From Antedon mediterranea (lineage: Eukaryota; Animalia; Echinodermata), in NCBI RefSeq assembly GCF_964355755.1, contig NC_092676.1, positions 18,556,871 through 18,620,870 of the forward strand: a stretch of 64,000 bases of DNA, written 5' to 3'. The notes beneath the pieces were generated by a model. The model did no database searches. It was not told the DNA's origin and saw only the letters and a list, made by a program, of their open reading frames with translations. The position numbers and the translations under genes are program-made. This document shows, piece by piece, positions 12,290-24,695 of the stretch (positions are counted from its first letter, which is position 1; each line of letters begins with the position of its first letter).

Positions 12290-14019
12290 GTATATTTATA
12301 GTATTTTATTATTTATTTCTTGTGTCCAATGTTTGAACCAGGTTTTGTTTGATTGTGGTGCTTATTGATCGTTAGTTTTCAACAGTTTCGATTACAGGAC
12401 TTGATCATCTATTCCAGTGGTCCAGTGTTCGATTACGTACATGCTGACCAATGACCAGTAATATCTCTGACAGGCCTTTAAAATCTTCCAGTAACTGACC
12501 TGTTATGATTTACAAAAATCTTTAAAACTGGGTTTGCTTTTTAAACCATTATTGGCCAGAGTAAAATTGAATTCCTTATAACCTTAAGGATCACCCATGG
12601 CTATTTGCGTAAGAAATCTGTTTTTTAATTCCAAATAATTGAATAACAAGTAATAAAATACTGTACTAAATAAATATATAACCTGTAAAGTCAGAGAAAT
12701 CAAATTCAGATAATTCGGATTTATTAATACCTTACTAGACTTTCTTCGCTTACAAAAAATAAAAGTAACAATTAATTTAATTCCTTTTGAAAAATTGTAG
12801 GTGATATTTTAATAGATAAAAGATAATTAGCACACACAAATCTTAGATTGTCCAACGCAACATGCAAAGTGTACGTTGTGTTGAATTTTGTCTGTCAAGT
12901 GTCAGTAATAGATAGTGTAGCACAACACTACAGAAACGTGATTGGAAAACCCTATTTCTTCAATCACATAAAGTAACTGTTACCCAACATTGTTGTTTTG
13001 TTCAGTGGCCTTTGCATTCAATAAAGAAAGTATACCAATTAACAAAATTCCCTATACCACCTGAACAGTTTATAATAGCATGGATTTCCACAAGAATGAT
13101 TTGATTGCATAGCCAATGATAGCAAATATCAAACCCCTCATTATGAAAACAATTCCCACTGTACCTGTCCCTGAGAATACCTGTAGATGTAGAGAAACAA
13201 TAGAATAGTCATCCTGACAGAAGCATATAAAAGAAATTAGCTCTTTGTTTATTTTTTCCTGCTGAATTTACCTGTGCACTGCTGTTATTTAAATTCAATC
13301 TAAACTTGATATAGGGAACAGTATTATGTGACGAAGGCACATGTGCTCTATATTATGTTACTGTAGTGTAGGCCTACTGTACATGAACTAATATTATTAC
13401 ATCATGTACCTATATTAATACTATAATACAGTGTGTAGTATGCACAAATTGAGCGGTACAAATTTTGGTTGCCATACCAATAAAATTCTCTTCAACTTTG
13501 AACATCACATGAATTTTATGTTTCTTATTATCAATATACAATATTTGCTGACATTTTGTAGGCCTTATCACATGCCACAAACAAATTTCATATTTGTTCC
13601 AGTGATACAACTAATTAACCCTAAACACGTACCCCGAAGTGGGTTAATCATACTCGTAGACAGAGTTGGGGAGGGCTGAGGTTTAGTGGTTTTTAACTAC
13701 TCTGCTTGAGTATAACATACTCTGATCAACATCAATACCAGAGTACAGCACTACAGTATACATTATTGTTTACCATATTGTTTATTGATCGATTATGTCT
13801 GAGAATATCTATTGCGGAAATTGTTAATTATATGCAATGTATTTCAATATCACGTAACAATCAATATATGTAATTTGAGATTCTTTCTTTTTCATAGTAT
13901 TGACTTAAATTTTAGAGAGGTACATTATATTGGTTCGCAAAATAATTTGCTCAAACAAATAGCAAAAAAATAAAATAAAACACTAGAAACACAATTTTTT
14001 GTTTAATTGATCATAATCT

Positions 14020-14245
14020 TCATCCCCTTATCCCTTTACCTTCCTTTTCCCTCATCCTCTTTCCCTTCTCCTTCATCCATCCTCCTTCTCCCTCATTATC
14101 CTTCCCTTCTTCCTCATTATCCTTCCCTTCTTCCTGATCCTCCTTCCCTCTCCTTCATCCATCCTCCTTCTCCATCACCCTCCCCATTCTCCCTCATTAT
14201 CTTTCTCTTCTCCCTCATCCTCCTTCTCCTCTTCTCCCTCATCCT
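14020..14245. repeat. Polypyrimidine low-complexity tract (CCT/CTT-rich)
   Basis: Near-pure C/T tract with repeated TCCTCATTATCCTTCCCTTCT units. Confidence 0.9.
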
Positions 14246-14375
14246 TAACTTGGATCCTAAATTTAATTTTTAGATCCATGGGTGGGCCACCAAATTCTTT
14301 ACTGTTTGTAAAATGCATTTTTGAACACCAGACATTTTAGAAAATGGTAATATTAGAGGCTTTAAAATAGACTAT

Positions 14376-14515
14376 AGCTCTGTCTACACTATCAAACTAG
14401 TTTGAAAAAAAATTGTGATGTGCCTAAACATTGTAGTGATATGACATCATCATGTCCATATATGGGCACATCACATTTTGTTGTCACACACAGTTATGAT
14501 AATGTAGACAGAGCT
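14376..14515. mobile_element. Harbinger-type MITE family (TIR AGCTCTGTCTACACTATCAAACT)
   Basis: TIRs at both ends; related copies at 48842-48964, 51828-51944, 29970-30063, 11860-11915 and 35950-36030. Confidence 0.8.
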
Positions 14516-15822
14516 TAAGAGAGGTGGATGGCAGGCATTTAGGCTCCCTGACTTTGCCTTTAGCTAAATTATACATTGTTATTTAATGTAAACAGATTGT
14601 ATTAATGACTGATGTGACTTTCATTACTCCATATGGAGTGTGTCATTTTAAAATTGACCTTTCTGTGTTTTTAATACACAAATTATAATGTTGTTTTTTA
14701 TGAACTATGTTGAGAAGCATGATGTAGTATTAAAATGTTACAAATTGTAAATGTATGGGAGATATTATTAATATAGAAATTATTTTTGTCTACTTTGAAG
14801 TATTTCAGATTCTTGCAAAATGAAATGACCAAAGAGTTTTATGGATTGGGACTGTCCACTCCGTAACTCATTATGAATAGTTAGAAGTATGCATAATGGT
14901 TTTATCTTAACATTGTATGTTGTCATTAACTTATAAAACCTCTATTGAGGGGACACCTTCAAGATCCAACAAAGTGTCCAGGGATTGTTTGCAATGTTAA
15001 AACATATAAATTTGCTCTGTTTCACAAGAAAGTGTCCCCTGAACATTGTAAGGAGGAGTTCTACTGTGTTCTTAACTTTCGTATGTGTGTGATTGGATAC
15101 AACTGATGTCATTTATTATTATTTCAATTTGATTTTAGTAAATTCTAGATTGGAAACCATCTTTTACAACAAACAAAATATTATCAAACAATAAATATAT
15201 GAATGTAAACATTTTCTTGCAACTTATAGTATACTAGATTTGAAAGTAAAGAATGCTTTCATCAAACAGAATAAAAATGAGTTTATTATCATAATTTTTT
15301 CAAAAATGATTCTGCAAATTCTGACCTTTTAACAAATATGTAGGTGATTAATTAACATCATATTTCTGAGTTTAATTTTGGTATTTTGGTATTAATTTAC
15401 CAGGTCACCAAGCTTGAAATGTCCCAATTTAGAAAGAATGCGTTTAATAGATCTGGATGTTTTGCAACTGAAGAACTCATGGCATATGGTCCAAGCTATT
15501 TGAGTAGGAAATAATTAGGCTGCACCTTTGGCTATGACAGCCAGCACAAAAAATGTAAACGTGGGTTTTGATTAGGCACATATATTAGTATTTTATATTA
15601 ATAATAATAATTATTGAATTTCAATGAAAAATAAGATACTTTAAATGATACACATATTTTATTTATTAAACTTTATCACTGCACATAAAAACATAACAAA
15701 AAGGCAGCGAAAAGAAAGTGAATGTGAGTACAGTGATGAGTATAATCTCATTATAAATCTACCACCCCTTATTTTGACTTTGGTCAATTCCATTTTCCTT
15801 TGGCTATTTAACCCTGAAGATG

Positions 15823-16099
15823 CAAGCCCGTATCCAGGATTGTTTACAGAGGTTCTTTTTTCCTCAAAAAGGGGCAAGTACAAGTGAAGAAACTGAACCA
15901 AAAATAAATTTAGGCCTAGTAGTAGAAAGTAGAAAGTAATTTGTCTACTGGCTACTGTAGCTAAATTGGAAAAAATGGCCATGAGAAAGGCCTATTTACT
16001 AACTGTAGCACCGTCGCTGATGGTTTAAAAGGGCACTTCAGGACAAGGTGGGTTCTTTAGAACCCTACAAATCCTCCCATCCTCCTGGCTATGGGCTTG
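15823..16099. mobile_element. MITE with CAAGCCCGTAKCCAGG TIRs (hAT-like)
   Basis: TIRs CAAGCCCGTATCCAGGA / TCCTGGCTATGGGCTTG; deleted copies at 19741-19843 and 57223-57300. Confidence 0.7.
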
Positions 16100-19000
16100 A
16101 TATGCCTCCCTGGCTAAACCATATAGTTAAAACTTTGCTTAATTTATGAATAAGAAGAAGTAGGTAACAATATGAAAGATAGACTACATGAATGTGTGTA
16201 ATTTTTTAGATGTTGAAAGGACACCTTCAGACCGGACAATGTTTATCCTAACATACATGGAATACAAGAAACTTGTCTTTATAAAAATACAAAGAAATAC
16301 AGTATTGGCAATTCTGATAGTAATAACAAAAAGATACATACATACGTACCTAACTAAAAATATTCACAAATGCAGTCAGTTGATGCTAAAAACATCAATA
16401 TTATTATTAATATTATTAATGTATGAACTGCAATAAATTTATTGATTCATTTCTTTAAGACAACATTGCACTTACAAATGGAATGTCGATAAAATTTGAT
16501 AAATGGTTGTTAAGTATTATATGTTGTGAATAATTATTTGATTCATCCGACATCCCTTTAAAAGAGAGAGAAAATAAAAGGGTCAAAGTTTAGTTACATA
16601 CTCAAAGATGTATATTGTTTTGATACTCATAATATAATAAGCATAAAAAACAACAATAAATGAGATTTTTAATTTGTTTATTGTATTAATTTTAATAATA
16701 ATTTATTTAAATAAAATCTCTTTAATGTAAAGATTTCATAACAAATAAAGATAAATGAAATCAAACTTTGAATTATCCCATTTTGTAGTTTTTAGAAATT
16801 AATCACTTTTGGCAAAAAAAAAGGATAAATAATGAATTCGCTAATAAAAAATAAATTAACCTAAAACTCATTGACTTCCAGGCAATGGGCAGCCAGTTTA
16901 TTTCTTTAAATTACAGTTTTATCAGGTAAATTATTTTTTTTTTCGATCCACTTTTTGTCAAACTGAAAACAAATATTTTACATTAAAAAGGAAAAAGAAT
17001 TAGAAACAATTATTTTCAATTATAAATCTATATCTTTAATTCTGATTGAATTCAATTTTCAGAGTAAAAACCCAATGAATTTTTAACTTTAATTACGTCG
17101 CTTAAAGATTCAAGATTCAAGAAATTTTATTTGTCCATTAAAATAGAAATTCACTTTGCTTGGTAGATTAAAACAACAATATTGCAACAATTTAAAAACG
17201 TGCAGTATTATAACAGGTTAAAAATACTGTTAAAAATGTAAAACTATTAAAAATTGAAACTTTTGACCATGTACTGTATCTAGACTAAACTATAACAAAA
17301 ACATTTCTACATCTTTTTCATTTGTCATTACCAGACTAATGTTACATAGAATGTTATATATGAACAATAAACTTCAGAAAACACTATAAGTTATGTGTAA
17401 TATTCTTAGGAGAATTAAGTTAAAGATATTTGAAGAGTCCCTTAGGATGACTTTGCTGTGGGAGGTATGGATACATTGAAATGATTATTTAACAACAGTC
17501 ATCTCATAAACAATACAACATAATGAATTTGGATATAAATTCATTGCTGTTACTAAAATAATGCTGTTTGATTGATCACATATTATACAGTTCCTGCTAC
17601 TTTTTGCCTAGTGTTGCCTTGGACTGTTGCTAACAAATACAGTGGGGAAATCATCCTCATGGTCTGTTTCTGTGCAGAATAATCCATTATTTTAAAAAAA
17701 TGTATTTTTTAGGCCAACCACATTTTTTGCTCCAAAATAGACTGTTTAATTTTGTGGTTGGTCGTTCATAATAATGTTAACATTACCTAAAATGCAATGC
17801 GATCCGGTGGTCAAACGTGCAAGATACTACAGCTATCAATAATAACTGTTATTTTGTGTTGCAGCCAAAAATTTAAAACAGCGATAACCAGTTAAATTGC
17901 GTTATAAGACCAAATCAACTATGTTTTTAACTATTATTTTCAGGCTGCCATTTAACCAGTTATTAAAATTATGTCCTGTTTCTACTGCTAAGAATTTAGG
18001 ATTAGAAACAGGACTTCAGAGGTCACTGCCAAAATGGTTCTTTCAAGCAGACACCATTTGGAACTCGATACATCATTTCTGACTTACAATTAAAATACTA
18101 AATTCATTGTTTAATTCGTTTTAGATTCGACAATTTCATTATGTTATTCACAGCTGTTGCTTTCGGTTTAGTCTTTATCAATGTCATTGTTGTTACTGTA
18201 TGTCATTAATGTCATGTTCCAAAGAGTAGAATATGCTTTGAATTGTCTTTGCTATGTAAGGGTCTCTTGTGATCAGCTTCGGCTGGATGAACCTCCCTCA
18301 TTAAAGATCACAGTTGAAGTAAAATCAATTTTATCAGGTCAGAGTTAATATAAAAATCTATACTGGAAGGTAGTTTATAATTTAATTGCAGGCCTAACTC
18401 TCGAAAGGAGGAGCATGTTCCCCTAGCTTTACCTCCTGTATCCACCCATATCCTATCTACTGTAATGTCATAGTTCCCAACCCTCAGTATATGGCATCAT
18501 CTACCTTTATGCCATTATGTTTCTTTGCATTCACGTTCCATCCAACATTCCATTTCCAAAATTCACAAACATCAATGTGTTTTAAGAGTAATATTGGTAT
18601 TTAAAGAGTTATATATTCCCTTAATTTTAAAGTACCGTACATGTATATCTACAGATCTGGCCCTCACGGGAAGCTAATTGAGTGAGTTACCAGAAAAGGG
18701 ATAGGTTTGATACAATATAACAATGTTGGGAAGTATTTGGTTTATAATATAACATGTTGGATAGAATTTATTTTGTCTTTAGTAGTACAGTACAAAGACA
18801 TGTGAATAATGATGGGAACTTGTTGTAATCATTAACCAGTGTTCTGTAATAAGTACAATACAGTTACAGTACTGAATTCATGTTTACCTAAACGGTATAC
18901 TGCTATATTTCTGTCATTATTGTTAATATTTACCAACGAGTCCCTATGACCTACATTTACTCAAAACAGGTTTGTATACATAGCAGAAAGGTCAAGTATG

Positions 19001-19303
19001 ATAGCAAATAGATCTAGGAATATAGATGTTTAATCAGATACTATTGATGAGCTTTATCCACTCAGAATTATCAAATTTGTATGAATGATAATGTCCTTTG
19101 AAGTTGGTGCCATCATCAATAATATGTTGATGATGGCACCACTCCAAGGAAAGACATGATCATTGGGTGGAAAGTTTCTCCCTAAGTTTGTTTTCTATAT
19201 TCCCTTTGAAAAATCATATTTCTCAGTTAAGCAGTTTTTTTTTCTGCAAATAAAGGCATGTACAAAAAAAAATCATATTTAGGCCTACTACTATTAGTAT
19301 ATG

Positions 19304-19615
19304 ACTTACCTTACCTTATCACATTGAAACAACGATTCTGGCCAGATCACCGAAGTTAAACAACGTTGGGCCCGGTTAGAGCTTGGATGAGAGATCATCT
19401 GGGAATACCGGGTGCTGTATATGGAGCTGGGGTCCCATTAGGCATTTGAAATCAGCACTGCTGACTCTTATGGCAGCCCCCGCATCTAGTATCTGCCTCA
19501 GACGTATTGGTTTATGCCTCTCCTCTGGTGAAGGTGGGCACTGGACAAGAGAAGCTCTTGTCAATGTTGAGACCAGCCAAAGGTGCTTAAACAGTCCTAG
19601 CTTTAGTCATCATTC
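19304..19615 (+). mobile_element. 5S rRNA-headed element (SINE3-type) or 5S pseudogene fused to a GC-rich body
   Basis: 19304-19421 matches 5S rRNA (GATCACCGAAGTTAAACAACGTTGGGCCCGGTTAG..CTTGGATG..CTGGGAATACCGGGTGCTGTA). No T-run terminator; a ~200-nt GC-rich body follows. Confidence 0.75.
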
Positions 19616-20729
19616 AGATGAATGTAAGACTAATTGACATTGCCATACAGGTATATAATAAGTATATGAATGATAAGTTGAAAATAATTTGCCTGCTGGC
19701 TACGTACAGTAGGATTAGGCAAAAAATTGGTTATAAGTTTTAAGCCTATGAACTTTCACTGCTAGTCTCTAGTTTGAAAAGGCCACTTCAAGATAAAGTG
19801 GGTTCTTTCGAACCTTATGGACCTCCCTCCTGGCTATGGGCTTGTCACTGATCTATAATTCAGCCTGTAATGCCTTAACATAAAAACATTTACATGCACC
19901 GTGAATTATATAATATAAATGTCTATGTCAACTTTTTTTTAAATAAACTTAGGCGAAGAGTAAACACTTGAGGATATTAAAAGGTTCTTTCAAATGCTTC
20001 CGTCAATAAAGAGTATTTTGCCCAAATACAGATTTATTAATTACAGTATTGTCGTGAATATGAATTACTGAAATCTACAAGAGATAGGGAATGAAACAAT
20101 TGATGCCCTACAGTACACTCTGTCAGAAGATTTTGATTTGATAACATTGTAATGTCATGTTGCATACTAAAAATACTTTTATTATTCAACGATTACGTTG
20201 CTATGGTTTTAGGAATAATAAAATGATCATTCGAAACAACGCATATTGAGATAATACATATTGATTGTAATATGTATGCATTGTATTGTTAAAATATCAT
20301 TTGTAGTTTTAATATTGCTGAATTGCTTGATATCGCAATTACCGTCAAAGACTCGTAAAAGATTTCAGTGCGCCACTTTTTTCATTTATTGTTTATTTTA
20401 TGAATGTAGCTATTTTTGTTATACTTTTTATATCAATTACCGACTGAGTGCCAAAGATCTAAAAGTTAAGCAACTGATGAAAAGATCATATGATTTAGGC
20501 CTACAGTACTAAGTATATGAATGGTAAAGTTGAAAATAATTTGCCTGTTAGCTACGTACAGTAGGATTGGGCAAAACAATTGTTATAATGAAAATTTGTG
20601 TGTTTATTCAGGTAGTATTAGCCAGTAGTATCTTACTTTTACACCTGTATGTAGAAACCCTATTGCTGTACGAGCGCATCTTTGGGACTCTGCAACAAAG
20701 AGTCCTTTGTATAGGGGTAGACTGAAAAC

Positions 20730-20995
20730 ATAATTCAATTCAATTCAATTTATTTTTATTTCGGAAATATCATCCATATTAATAAACTTATAAACAGAAA
20801 AAGAAAAATCGTAAACTCTAAATATAAGTATATAGAATGCTTCTCCATCTACAATGCATTTTGGAGTTATAGAGCATATGTTTGCAAACACAAGCAACAA
20901 GGATTTTACAACATACGTCACATGCACTCATTAAAGGAATAATAATATTAAATAGGGGTATCCCGAAGGAGGAGTACTACTCTACTACTAGCATC
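20730..20995 (-). mobile_element. LINE 3' end with (TTGAA)n tail
   Basis: Plus strand (AATTC)3 then TTTATTT; similar tails at 31843-31960 and 17105-17165. Confidence 0.5.
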
Positions 20996-22137
20996 ATACA
21001 GGTGGATGGTACCTAATAAAGTGGGAGGGTTTGAAGATTTAGATATACAAAATTATATAGTAATGTACTTTAATTATTAGAGTGAGGTAAAACAAAATAG
21101 CAATGTTAATAATAATGAATCAGTCTGAATTTTGCAACATATTGATATTATTACCTATTTACTTACAAAAGAGAGAAAACTGTTGCTATAGAAACTTATG
21201 TCCTAGTGTCAATTAGTTCATAGTAAACAATTTTTTTCAGACAATACATTATTGAAATGTAACTAGTGTATGTAGTAGCTGTTTATAGGTTTTCAATCTT
21301 TACAGATAATACCTAAATTGAAAATATTGTCTAAATAAAGTCTTATTTTATAGTATATAGATAATAATGAATGTTTATGAGTGCGATGGTACAAATAATT
21401 TCATGATTTGAAAATATATACAATTTTCATCTTTCACTGAATGAAATTCTTTGTTTCATTGCACAAATATAAAATATTCATTATTTGTTTCAAGACACTT
21501 ACTTAGCCAGAGGTCAGGCCCAAACCAGTCGAAAAGGCAGCGCTCCAGTTTTGGACGCGAAGTAAAACAATTATTACGACGCACACTACTAATCAAACAT
21601 GATAGTCTAGATCAGCTTCTTGTCGCGCGTGTGGTTGCTCTCTTTGTGTAACAAAAATAAATGCAAAAAACGAGATTGCAGTACTCGCATATAAAAATAG
21701 ACAATTTCTATTGCACTCTCTGATGTCATTAAAAGTGCATTAGAAAATGTTTAATATAGTGACTGAACAATCCTCTAAGCAAGAATCTACTTAGGTGCAT
21801 TATATTATTAGTATATTCTTTTACACAATGATATTGTATGGAATAGAGTGCATACTATTGTTAAGAAGTAGGAAATGTTTTGAAAGATGGCGGCAGTGGT
21901 TGGCCCATTGAAGTGAATGTATAGTACAACCCTGTGAACATTGAATTATATCTGCAATAAATCGTAAAAAATATGTTAGTGTTGCTGTTTACCAAGACTT
22001 GTGTGCCAAATTCCCAATGTGGTAGTAATGTACATACGGTACATTAGATTGTCATACTTTAAAGATATATAATAAATATACAAAATAACATAAAGCTGAG
22101 ACTTCTGGCTTACAAGCTATATAGCGTCATTGTCTAT

Positions 22138-22745
22138 TTTATTATTATTATTATTATATCAAAGGCGCTGGGCATGTTAGTGGTCGAAAAAATGAGTTTT
22201 GAGCAATTTTTAAAATAAGGCAACAGAAGAGCAGTGTTTAATTTGTGGGGGGAGTGAATTCCAGATTGTGGGTGCTGCAAAAGAAAACGATCTATGACCA
22301 AAGGTTTTAGTGGCTATGCGTGGAACAGAGAGTAAAAAATCATCAGATGATCTAAGAGTCCGTCCAGGAACATAAAAGGTGATTAATTGACGGATGTAAG
22401 CAGGTTGGTTGAAAAGAAGTGCTTTAAAAGTAAGGAGCAAGATTTTAAATTTGATTCGATTGTCAATGGGGAGCCAGTGAAGTTCTTGAAGAACAGGTGA
22501 AATGTGAGAGCGAGGGTTAGTGAACGTAATGATACGAGCAGCCGAATTTTGTAGTCGTTGAAGACGATTAATTTGAAAATTCGGAAGGGCATAGAACAGA
22601 GAATTGCAATAATCAAGACGAGAGGAGATAAAACCATGAATGATAGAGGATGTGAAACGTATCGAAAGAAAACGTCGAATGTGTGCAATATTGCGAAGAT
22701 AAAAGTTTACTGATTTAGTAATATAACTGATGTGTGCTTGCATTT
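22138..22745 (-). mobile_element. 5'-truncated L2-clade LINE (C-terminal part of ORF2)
   Basis: ORF 22210-22743 has L2 motifs SRLDYCNSL, LQRLQNSAARII, HISPVLQELHWLPI, RIKFKILLLTFKAL, GHRSFSFAAPTIWNSLP; (TAA)n tail at ~22140-22157. Confidence 0.9.
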
Positions 22746-24444
22746 AGAAGCCCCAGACGTTTTTTTTTTCAAACAAATAAATGAAAATGAAATATAAAAT
22801 ACTGTACCGTAGAAGGATGTTTGTTTACCATGTGTGAAAAACTAAGACATTCCCTATGTTGTATTTATTGTATCAGATTGTCCTACTTTATAAAGATCGA
22901 TAGATGTTAGTATTTGTGAGATCTTTCGTATGTGTGGTAGGTTATATTGTACATTAGATTGTCATTTATGAAGATAGAAGGTCATGTAGTGTTGTTACCA
23001 TAAGTTAAAAACTTGTTAGAAATTCCCGCCGGTAGTTAGTTATTGTAAATTTAATATATTATCACACTTATAGAAGGAAATAACAAAAATGATATAGGTA
23101 TGTTTATCTGTCATTTAAAGGCACCTGACAGTTTGAAAGCCTTTAGGGCATAAAGTATTCAATAACAGTGCATTATAGTATTATTATACTAGACTAATAT
23201 GGGTATTTTAAGAACATGATTCTTCTCAAAGAACCATCCCATTATCAAGGCAGATTACAGAGATTAGATTGTACCATTTTTAGTTCCGCTTGTGCCCAAT
23301 AGACCGATAATAGTCAAAGCTTTTAGTCATTTGTTGTGTATACTCTAGGATCAAATGGGTTTAACCTGTTAATAATGATTAAACCAATAATAAAGATTCA
23401 CAAAAGTACACCAAGTCTATCCTTGATGTTCATATCATGCAGGAATTAGCTGTAATTCCTCTATTTTCATATCAATGATATATCTCGTTTATTACCAGTT
23501 CATTGAATTAAATACCGGTGATCTGACTTACTGTAAAGTTCATTGTTAATACCAAACAATATTTGTGAACATTTTTACACTGCCAGTGAATATGCACAGG
23601 CAATGTAAAATACCTGGGATGTGAAATGTATATGTACCGTAAACGTTTTTCTTAAACAAATTTACCTGGGTTTTATTCAATGTTTTCTTCATACCACCCT
23701 ACAAAGTCCCCTGAATACAGTAGATGTGTATTACACATAGGCTCCTATACATATTCTTTTTTCACATGAATAGGGTTGTCCACCAAAAAGGGGTTTCAGA
23801 AAAAGGATTATTTCTACTGTAGTTTGTTATTTCGAAGAGGCACAAAAATTCAAACACAACACAGATTTTTTTTTCCCGTCAGTAAAAAAACCGAAATTCA
23901 TCTTCACTACCATATGTTTTTGGTTAAAATTATGGGCTTCTGTGTCTCAGAAATAGTAGACCTACTATTGAATCTCACTTAATCATGTGATGCTCTTTCA
24001 ATCAATTATTAGACGGTAGATAATATATAGAATTGATATTTTGATATTTCTATCTTCATAAGTAAAACATATACACATTAAATTGGCTGTCATTTCATCC
24101 TGTCCTTTCACAATTTCCCAAAACCTTTACAAATTACATCAGCAAACAAGTCTGGCTGATATTAACGTGATCATCAACTTGCGGATCAATAATTTGTCAA
24201 ATTGAGCAGCTCATATCGTCCTCAAATGCGAGTCCATGTGAACTTAATGTGAGGAATATATGCTAAGTTAAAATGGTACATGATGTGATTAATAAACGTC
24301 AGATAAATGGTGTAAATATTAATTGGTTATTGATTTACTAATTAGTTGAAGCAATTCAATATTTTCTGAATATACATATTTTTTTTATGATTTAGGGAGT
24401 ATGTGTAGTCTTTTTATTACCCTTTTAACATTTTATGCTCTGTA

Positions 24445-24695
24445 AGGGCGTTTGGCGCAGTGTAACGTCGGACTACTGATCGTGAGATCGTGGATTCGAC
24501 ACTTTACTTACGTTTGCCTCTCTCCACACAGGTGTACAAATGGGTACCTGGTAAGATAAAAACACAAATGCGCCAGGCTGCATTATGGGAGTATGTTTCC
24601 ATATGTGTTTGATCCAGGGGTAACAAAATGTACAGCGTTTACACAAGGTTACACAACATTATGCGCTTTATAAATTTAAGATATTATTATTATAT
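24445..24695 (+). mobile_element. tRNA-derived CORE/MIR-like SINE with L2-type tail
   Basis: A box TGGCGCAGTG, B box GGATTCGAC, core TGCCTCTCTCCACACAGGTGTACAAATGGGTACC, tail GCGCTTTATAAAT..(TAT)n. Confidence 0.7.

Noticed and set aside
19304-19421. Functional 5S rRNA gene
   Set aside because: Many substitutions, single copy and no Pol III terminator; treated as an element head or pseudogene. The overlapping ORFs 19376-19564 and 19383-19637 are spurious.
21883-21915. YY1-like AAGATGGCGGC / ATG as another first exon
   Set aside because: The frame stops after 9 codons and no donor follows.
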